A stretch of DNA of 32,000 nucleotides, taken from contig NC_010085.1 of assembly GCF_000018465.1 (NCBI RefSeq), positions 390,001-422,000 of the forward strand. The letters are read 5' to 3'. The stretch comes from Nitrosopumilus maritimus SCM1 (GTDB lineage: Archaea; Thermoproteota; Nitrososphaeria; Nitrososphaerales; Nitrosopumilaceae). This document shows positions 9,450 to 18,300 of this stretch, in pieces. The notes beneath the pieces were generated by a model. The model was given only the letters and a program-made list of their open reading frames with translations, was not told the DNA's origin and made no database searches. The first letter of the stretch is position 1; every line of letters begins with the position of its first letter. The translations under genes and the position numbers were made by a program.

Positions 9450-10104
9450 GAACCCAATCTGTAGAATACTTTAGCAAGTTTTTTTCCTCTGCATACATAA
9501 AATCATAAACTTCCAAATGTTTTGTTTGATTTTCCCACAACTCTTCAAAGTCTTTCATCTTTCTTTGTACTCTTGATTTATCATTCCACGATGTAAACAC
9601 GTCAACTGATTCAAAGTCTCTTGTTTGTGTTGAAAATGATTCTCTTGATGTTCCTGTAAATGCAACTGCATCATCTTTGTCATCTCTAAATACTCCAATT
9701 CTTTCTGAAAAAGAATCAGCTACTTGTTCAGAATTTGGAATTGCAATCTTTAGTTCGATTTGTCCTTTGTTGACAATGTTTTGCAGCTTTTGTATTTTAG
9801 AATCTTTGATCAACTTTCCTTCAAATGATTTTGTATATTTTTCAGAAAATAGTTTTGTGAACAAATTAAGATCCTCTGTTCTGAATCTGTGACCTGTAAC
9901 CATTCTTAATTTTGCTTTTCCTATTGCAAAATTATCAAATGCCATTGCAATTGTTGCCAATGTTTGAATTGATAGAAAATCTACACATCTGTCATATTCT
10001 ATACATTGACCAAGACATGGAAAGAAAAACTCTGCAACAATATCATCAATGTCAGAACGATACTCTTCTTTTAGTTCTATGTCTCTTAATCCCACAGCAT
10101 TCAC
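9439..10104 (-). CDS. Hypothetical 221-aa protein
   Basis: Complete ORF convergent with endA; no family recognised. Confidence 0.75.
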   Translation of the reverse strand: MNAVGLRDIELKEEYRSDIDDIVAEFFFPCLGQCIEYDRCVDFLSIQTLATIAMAFDNFAIGKAKLRMVTGHRFRTEDLNLFTKLFSEKYTKSFEGKLIKDSKIQKLQNIVNKGQIELKIAIPNSEQVADSFSERIGVFRDDKDDAVAFTGTSRESFSTQTRDFESVDVFTSWNDKSRVQRKMKDFEELWENQTKHLEVYDFMYAEEKNLLKYSTDWVLKD

Positions 10105-10164
10105 TATTGAATTTGTTATTTAAAGAAATATTTTTTCAAAAATTTGCATACGCACTTGTCTTAA

Positions 10165-10557
10165 TTATTTACTAATCTTGGAAATCTGAGATATTTTTAC
10201 AATTTCCATTAGATTGTCCATGTCTATTGGTTTGTAAACAATACCATTTACTTTTAGTTTCTTGAGTTTTTCTTCAGTTAATGATGTGACATCTGCAGTT
10301 ACTGCAATTATTACAGCTTTGGAATCTTTTGCACGAATTTTTTTAATTGCATAGAATCCTGAACCATCTGGCATCATCATATCTACAAATACAATATCTG
10401 GATTGTTTGCAAAATAAAGATCAATTGCTTCTTTCCCATTGCCTCCTTTTCCAATTACCTCGATGCCTCTGTCTTCTAGCATTTCACTAAATACATCTAC
10501 TATGTCAGGCTCATCATCAACAACAATTCCTGTTATTCTCTTTGTGGAATCACTCAT
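10165..10557 (-). CDS. Response regulator receiver (CheY-like), stand-alone
   Basis: VVDDEPDIVDVF, DIVFVDMMMPDGSG, VIIAVTAD, YKPI: acidic pocket, phospho-Asp and Lys all present; no output domain. Confidence 0.95.
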   Translation of the reverse strand: MSDSTKRITGIVVDDEPDIVDVFSEMLEDRGIEVIGKGGNGKEAIDLYFANNPDIVFVDMMMPDGSGFYAIKKIRAKDSKAVIIAVTADVTSLTEEKLKKLKVNGIVYKPIDMDNLMEIVKISQISKISK

Positions 10558-10591
10558 GATGTTTTTATAACAAAATCTTTGTTATTAAATT

Positions 10592-11197
10592 ATGCCCGGT
10601 GTTGACCGTTTCTTATCTGAATCCTTTGAGATTGCAATCAAGAAGAACCTCAAAGCAGAGGCAGAATATCAGATGAAAAAAACCATGTTTGAAAAATTTG
10701 GTATTTCCATTAGACAATCAATAGAAGACATTGAAAAATTACATCAAGTTCGAAAAGAACTTCTTGGCGAATCTGATTATTCCCAACTAAAAAAATATCT
10801 GAGTAAAATTTGTATTTTTAGAAAATCTGATGATGGAAAATATTACATAATTACAATCTTGGATGACTTTCTTAAAAGAAAATTAATGGATACAATTGGT
10901 GATGATGAATCAAGAAAAGTTCTTACAGCAATGACTGACAAGAATCGTACTACTTCTGATGTTTTAAGATTGAGAAAAATTTCAACAACTTCTGGATATA
11001 GAAAAGTTAATGCACTAATTCGTGATGGATTTTTAATCCAAACAAAACGTAAAATGGTTGAAAACAGACGTCCTGTTGATCAATACACAACATTTTATCA
11101 TAAAATCCTGTTTGAAGTAAAGAAAGATGATCTTTCATTAGAAATATTTGTCACTAAAAAATTATTTGAATCAAGCTCCCTTTTTGATATTCTTTAA
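10592..11197 (+). CDS. Predicted regulatory protein with HTH-like segment (copy 1)
   Basis: MPGVDRFLSESFEIAIKK...TTSDVLRLRKISTTSGYRKVNALIRDGFL; paralogous to 27353..27952. Confidence 0.8.
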   Translation: MPGVDRFLSESFEIAIKKNLKAEAEYQMKKTMFEKFGISIRQSIEDIEKLHQVRKELLGESDYSQLKKYLSKICIFRKSDDGKYYIITILDDFLKRKLMDTIGDDESRKVLTAMTDKNRTTSDVLRLRKISTTSGYRKVNALIRDGFLIQTKRKMVENRRPVDQYTTFYHKILFEVKKDDLSLEIFVTKKLFESSSLFDIL

Positions 11198-11254
11198 ACT
11201 GTTTTACTCAAATCAATAATAACATTTTTTAGCTTTGTACTAATTTGTAGAACT

Positions 11255-11536
11255 GTGAACTCAAAAGGAATTGTTGTAATTAGTGTAATTGTAATATCTC
11301 TTGTAGGTATTGCATACATGTCATCTACACAACAGTTTGATGAATCAATGACTCCCTCAATTGAAAGTAATTTATCAGTTGATCATGATACCTCATTGAG
11401 TTTAACTTATCCTGACTCCCCAGTAATATCTCATTCAAATTCTGTTGATGAATCTGATGTAGTTGTTACTGTTGATGAAGATGGAAAAAAACAATACTCA
11501 ATTGAAGTTGGAGACACTCCAATAATTCAAGAATAA
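11255..11536 (+). CDS. Small membrane-anchored/exported protein, family A
   Basis: GTG start, single N-terminal hydrophobic segment (GIVVISVIVISLVGIAY), C-terminal VDEDGKKQYSIEV motif shared with 20757..21020. Confidence 0.7.
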   Translation: MNSKGIVVISVIVISLVGIAYMSSTQQFDESMTPSIESNLSVDHDTSLSLTYPDSPVISHSNSVDESDVVVTVDEDGKKQYSIEVGDTPIIQE

Positions 11537-11559
11537 AAAATAATTTTTAACTAAATATT

Positions 11560-12183
11560 TTATGTTGTATCTGATGTGATGTCAAATGTATATGTAATTT
11601 GTACAGTTTCACCACTGTTTAATGTAACATCTGAAGTATCAATCACTGAAAACAAAATTCCTGAAGCAGTTGCACAATTATTATAATCTGCATCACTTGC
11701 TGCACGATTTGTACATATTCCTATTGAACGAATAGTATCTCCATTAGCTACATTTGTTGAACCAGCTTGAAAAGTCAAAGGACCAACCTGTGCAGTTTGT
11801 GATGATATTGTAACTGAAGTATCTTCTTTACAATTATTTTCTGCAATTGAGTTTCCGCTATCAAATGTTGAAGCTGTATCGCTTTCTGCTGGTGTTTGTG
11901 CTTCATCACTAACACAAATTGCACCTATCTGTGTGTTATCTGATGCACTGTTTGAATCTTGAAATGTTTGTTCCAAGAGAAAAGTTTCACCTGTATCAAC
12001 TAGCCTGTTGTGAACTTGTTGTGTGAAAACATTGTTTCCATTCGCATCTATCTTTTCAATTGTTGCAAACCCGTAAAATTTTTGTTCAAAATCATTTTTT
12101 TCAAAATCAAATGGAATTACAGCTGTTGTAAATACTGTAAAAAGTACTGCGGCACTAATCGTATAGGATGTTCTTTTTTGCAT
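11560..12183 (-). CDS. Secreted four-cysteine protein, family B
   Basis: Start refined to MQKRTSYTISAAVLFTVFTTAVIPF (cat 12181-12183). Paralogous to 21535..22170: QTF/LFDEGE-like segment, IGAIC, IGPLTF, IGIC, VVDTSDVTL, SGETVxITYTF. Confidence 0.85.
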   Translation of the reverse strand: MQKRTSYTISAAVLFTVFTTAVIPFDFEKNDFEQKFYGFATIEKIDANGNNVFTQQVHNRLVDTGETFLLEQTFQDSNSASDNTQIGAICVSDEAQTPAESDTASTFDSGNSIAENNCKEDTSVTISSQTAQVGPLTFQAGSTNVANGDTIRSIGICTNRAASDADYNNCATASGILFSVIDTSDVTLNSGETVQITYTFDITSDTT

Positions 12184-12210
12184 TATATTTTGTGAAAATC
12201 GAAAATTTAC

Positions 12211-12220
12211 TAATATAGTT
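12211..12220 (-). promoter_or_regulatory. TATA-like element AACTATATTA for family B gene
   Basis: Plus-strand taatatagtt, 28-37 bp upstream of the 12183 start codon; identical 10-mer at 22195-22204 upstream of the paralog. Confidence 0.65.
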
Positions 12221-12230
12221 ATGGGCGAAC

Positions 12231-12276
12231 TTCCAACTTTGGAAATTTTTTTGTAAAAATTTTCCATTTGTGGAAA
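12231..12276. promoter_or_regulatory. Two inverted-repeat operator-like sites: TTCCAACTTTGGAA (12231-12244) and TTTCCATTTGTGGAAA (12261-12276)
   Basis: Both have core CCA-N4-TGG; centres 31 bp apart, in the intergenic region between divergent genes 11560..12183(-) and 12319..20613(+). Confidence 0.65.
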
Positions 12277-12318
12277 GTACATTCAAGCCTTTTTAGTCGT
12301 CAAAAAATTTTTTTTTCT

Positions 12319-15300
12319 ATGAAATGGGAGATACCTCTACTGGTAAGTTTCGTATTTTTGCTCGGAATTTTTTCGTCATTTCCCGTCGTTGATAGTAATT
12401 TTACAATTGATGAAAATGGTTTGAAACATTATGTTCTAACTCCTGAAAAAAATATTTCATCATTTGATGTTGTTGCAACGTCTCTTTCTAAATACAATCG
12501 TGAAGTTGATTTTGATGAACAAGATCCGTATTTTGTTTTCTTTTTGTTCGTGTTATTGTTAGTTTTACTGTATCGTAGCAATTTCGTTTTGCAAGTAAAA
12601 CAATCTGTACTAAAAACCTTTGCATCTGATTACATCAATTTGTTTTTGAAAAATAATTTTGCACAAACATTATTTTCAGAGAACAAAATTAATCTAAAAG
12701 AAATTTTTGTTATTTTATCTTCATCAAATACAAAATTACAAAACAATTCAACTGTTTTGTATCGAAATTGTTCTAATGTATTAATAAATTCCAAGAAATT
12801 CTTTGTTTCTAAAAAAATTATCGTTGTTTTGTTGTTGTTTGTTGTTTTAATTGTTCCAGTTTATAATCATGCATATGCAGCCTCTGGTGATATTACAAAA
12901 TCTCTTGTTGATTCATTTGAGTTTGATAATCAAGCAGGTTCATACCCTGATATTATTCAAATAGATTCTAATACATTTGCAATATCTTATCAGGGACAAG
13001 GATCTGGTGTTCTTTCTGGATACATTCAAACTTTTGATATTGATAGTCTAGGAAACATTTCATCACTAAACACATTACAATTTGATCCTGATGCAATTGT
13101 ATACACTGAATTAGTTGCAGTAGATTCAGATACGTTTGCAATTGTTTACAGAAGTACTGATGCTGATGGTTTTATTCATACAGTAGACATTACTGGAGCT
13201 GGTGTAATTACAAACGGAACAAATTATGAATTCGATACTACTGCAGGTACTGATCCTCAAATAGTTGCAGTAGATTCAGATACATTTGCAGTTGTGAATC
13301 AAGGTGGTGGTGCTGATGGTTGGTTGCGAACACTAAACATATCTTCAGATGGACTAACCATTTCAGAAGAAGATAGTTTTGAATTTGATACAAATGAAGG
13401 TAGAGACAATGACATTATACAGGTAGATTCAGACACATTTTTGATTGTGTATAGGGGTGTTGAAGCTGACGGATTTGCAAAAACAATCAACATTTCAACT
13501 GATGGTACGATTAATTCTGTAGAAGACACATTAGAGTTTGAGCCTACCTTTGATGCATATCATAATGCTATTGCCCAGGTAGATTCAGACACATTTGTAG
13601 TTGCATATAGAGACATTGACAGTGATGGTCGACTAGCCACGCTTGATGTTACTAGTTCAGGCTCTATTACTCTAGTTGAGACATATGAATACGACACGAA
13701 CACTGCACAACATCCTGACATCAAGAGATTAGATGACAAATCATTTGTGATTGCATATCAGGGAGCAGGAAGTGATGGATTTATCAAAACAATTCCTATC
13801 ACTGCCTCCGGTAATATCGGAACCGTAACTGATACCTATGAATTTGATACTGGAAACGGTCGTTTCCCATCAATAATCAGTATAGATGGAAATACAGTAG
13901 CAATTGCTAGCCGTGGTGGAGGAAATGATGGTTTCTTGGATACCATATTTATCGATGTTGAACTTGCAGGCACAGATACTCCTTCTTTTGTAGAGGTTGA
14001 TGATTCATCAAAAACTGCCATAATTATGGCTAGTTCTACGCCTGTAGTCGTCAGTGAGGGTCTAAATTCTATAAATCCGGAGTTATTCCCTGCATCCACC
14101 GTTAATCCTACACATGGATTTGAAATGGGAATTTATGCCTCATCCACGCCTATTCCTGCCCATGAAGTGACAATTTCTACTATCAAGACCAATGATACCT
14201 TTGAATTTGACACTGCCGATGCAGAGACACCTGATTTGGTTCAGGTGGACACAGACACGTTTGCAGTAGTATACAAGGGAACTGATAATGATGGATTCAT
14301 CAAAACAGTAGATATCACAAGCACAGGCACGATCACTGACACTGGAAACTCCCTAGAATTTGATACTGCAGATGGATGGACACCAAATATTGTGCCTGTA
14401 GACACTGATACATTTGCAGTTGTGTATAATGGAACTGACAGTGATGGATTCGTTAAAACCTTAAATATTAGTGGAGTAGGTGCGATCACTGACACTGGAA
14501 ACTCCCTAGAATTTGATATCGCAGATGGGCTTTATCCTGATATTGTTGCAGTTGATTCAGATACATTTGCGATCGTATATACTGGAACAGATACTGATGG
14601 ATTCATTAAAACCTTAAATATTAGTGGAGTAGGTGCGATCACTGACACTGGAAACTCCTTAGAATTTGATACTGGAACTGGAATATTTCCTGATATCCTT
14701 GCAGTTGATTCAGACACTTTTGTGATTTCTTACACTGGTAACGGAAATGACGGATTTGTAAAAACGGTTGACATTACTGGCGCAGGTGTAATTAGCAGTG
14801 TAATTGACACCTTGGAATTTGATACATCCACTGCCTATGAAACATCTCTCGTAAAGATTGATGATGACACATTTGCAGTAGCATACAGAGGTCCAGGCTC
14901 TGATGGATTTGTCAAAACATTTGATATTGATAGTTCCGGAAACATCAACAATTCAATCACTGATTCACTTGAGTTTGATACTGGAAACGGCAGAGAGCCT
15001 GACATGGTTAGTCTTGGTTCTGGTAATTATGGAATAGCTTATCGTGGTAATAGTAATGATGGATTTTTTGTAATTGTAACAATTGATGATGCAGGAAACA
15101 TTGGAAACTCTGTTGTTGAATCACTTGAATACAACACATCAAATGGATATTTCCCTAGCTTAATTGGAGTTGATCTTAATACATTTGCAATTGCACATAG
15201 AGGAAATGCTGAAGATGGTTTCATTACTACTATTGACACATCAAACGAATTAGCATTTTCTGATTCAGATACTTTGGATGTTGTAGAATCTGTAGATTTA

Positions 15301-18300
15301 ATTAAAAAATATGCAATATTTGGAACTTCTGCTCCTATATTTGAACATTCAGTAATAACAACTGGCAATTCTATAATCGATGATGCAAATTCAACTCCAC
15401 TAGTAGTTTCTTCTGCTATTACACTAAAAGGATATTTCCTAAATGCAAATTCAACTCCAAATGTTTCTGATTCTGGAAATACTGTTGCACAATATACAAG
15501 AACTGCATCTGATATTTTAGATGTTGCAGAACAAAATACTGAATTTAAAAATTATACTATATCAAATTCAACAACACCCGACATTGTAAGTAGTGGAATA
15601 ATTTCATTTTCTCTTTCAGCAAACTCTACTCCACTTCTAACAAGTAACGCAACATCATCAGCTGACATCTCATCCAACTCTACTCCACTTCTCTCTAGCA
15701 ATGCCACAACTGTTGCAATGTTCGTACTTGATCCATCAACTATTCCATCTGTATCTAGTACTGCAACTGTTGCATTCACTTTGTCAGCAAACTCTACTCC
15801 ACTTCTAACAAGTAACGCAACATCATCAGCTGACATCTCATCCAACTCTACTCCTGTACTATCCAGCAACGCAACATCAACTGTCATGAGAATACTCAAC
15901 GCAACATCCATCCCATCACTATTCAGTAACGCAACATCATCAGCTGACATCTCATCCAACTCTACTCCTGTACTATCCAGCAACGCAACATCAACTGTCA
16001 TGAGAATACTCAACGCAACATCCATCCCATCACTATTCAGTAACGCAACATCATCAGCTGACATCTCATCCAACTCTACTCCTGTACTATCCAGCAACGC
16101 AACATCAACTGTCATGAGAATACTCAACGCAACATCCATCCCATCACTATTCAGTAACGCAACATCATCAGCTGACATCTCATCCAACTCTACTCCTGTA
16201 CTATCCAGCAACGCAACATCAACTGTCATGAGAATACTCAACGCAACATCCATCCCATCACTATTCAGTAACGCAACATCATCAGCTGACATCTCATCCA
16301 ACTCTACTCCTGTACTATCCAGCAACGCAACATCAACTGTCATGAGAATACTCAACGCAACATCCATCCCATCACTATTCAGTAACGCAACATCATCAGC
16401 TGACATCTCATCCAACTCTACTCCTGTACTATCCAGCAACGCAACATCAACTGTCATGAGAATACTCAACGCAACATCCATCCCATCACTATTCAGTAAC
16501 GCAACATCATCAGCTGACATCTCATCCAACTCTACTCCTGTACTATCCAGCAACGCAACATCAACTGTCATGAGAATACTCAACGCAACATCCATCCCAT
16601 CACTATTCAGTAACGCAACATCATCAGCTGACATCTCTGGTTCATCAACACCATTCCTCTCAAGTAACGCAACATCAACTGTCATGAGAATACTCAACGC
16701 AACATCCATCCCATCACTATTCAGTAACGCAACATCATCAGCTGACATCTCATCCAACTCTACTCCTGTACTATCCAGCAACGCAACATCAACTGTCATG
16801 AGAATACTCAACGCAACATCCATCCCATCACTATTCAGTAACGCAACATCATCAGCTGACATCTCTGGTTCATCAACACCATTCCTCTCAAGTAACGCAA
16901 CAGTATCACTATCTGGTTCATCAACACCATTCCTCTCAAGTAACGCAACATCAACTGGAATGTTTGACATCTCATCCAACTCTACTCCATTCCTCTCAAG
17001 TAACGCAACAGTATCACTATCTGGTTCATCAACACCATTCCTCTCAAGTAACGCAACATCAACTGTCATGAGAATACTCAACGCAACATCTGAACCAGTG
17101 ATATCAAGTAACGCTACCACTGTTGCAATGTTCAATCTTAACGCAACATCAATTCCATCACTATTTGGTAACGCAACAGTATCGCTATCTGGATCCTCTA
17201 CTCCTGTACTATCAAGTAACGCAACTTATGGAACACTTGTAGCATCAGCTAACACCACTCCATTCCTCTCAAGTAACGCAACAGTATCACTATCTGGTTC
17301 ATCAACACCATTCCTCTCAAGTAACGCAACATCAACTGTGATGCACATATTATCTGCAAACTCCAGTCCGGTTGTTTCCAGTAATGCAATTACAACTGGA
17401 ATGTTTAACATCTCAGCAAACTCTACTCCTGTACTATCAAGTAACGCAACATCAACTGTCATGAGAATACTTAACGCAACATCTGAACCAGTTCTATCTG
17501 ATGATGCACAGATAACTGGAATGTTTAACATCTCAGCAAACTCTACTCCTGTACTATCAAGTAACGCAACATCAACTGTCATGAGAATACTTAACGCAAC
17601 ATCTGAACCAGTTCTATCTGATGATGCACAGATAACTGGAATGTTTAACATCTCAGCAAACTCTACTCCTGTACTATCAAGCAACGCAACATCAACTGTC
17701 ATGAGAATACTTAACGCAACATCTGAACCAGTTCTATCTGATGATGCACAGATAACTGGAATGTTTAACATCTCAGCAAACTCTACTCCTGTACTATCAA
17801 GCAACGCAACATCAACTGTCATGAGAATACTTAACGCAACATCTGAACCAGTTCTATCTGATGATGCACAGATAACTGGAATGTTTAACATCTCAGCAAA
17901 CTCCACTCCTGTACTATCTGACAATGCTCAAGTCACTGGAATGTTCACCATCAACGCAAACTCCACTCCTGTACTATCTGACAATGCTCAAGTCACTGGA
18001 ATGTTCACCATCAACGCAAACTCCACTCCTGTACTATCTGACAATGCTCAAGTCACTGGAATGTTCACCATCAACGCAAACTCCACTCCTGTACTATCTG
18101 ACAATGCTCAAGTCACTGGAATGTTCACCATCAACGCAAACTCCACTCCTGTACTATCTGACAATGCAACAAGTGATACAGTATTTGCCTTACTAACATC
18201 TGATGCCCCAAGTCTTACAGAATCAATTGATCAAATTGAGAGATATGCAATTAATGCAATAGATGTACCTGTTATTTCAGAATCTGTTGGAAAACCAAAA

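Noticed and set aside
15552-17135. 527-aa antisense ORF across the repeat array (NIATVVALLDITGSDVALSILMTVDVALLE...)
   Set aside because: It is the reverse complement of the 114-bp tandem repeat. A stop-free frame is automatically multiplied when the period is divisible by 3, and its product is a pure artefact-like repeat without start context or signals.
17226-17924. 232-aa antisense ORF and 17924..18196 + 90-aa ORF in the array
   Set aside because: Same reason: repeat-driven open frames in the non-coding phase of 120- and 60-bp repeats.
15886-18180. Possible CRISPR array (regular direct repeats)
   Set aside because: Periods are 114/120/60 bp with no unique spacers between conserved short repeats. 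The whole unit repeats and is in frame in a long CDS, and no cas-like genes are present.
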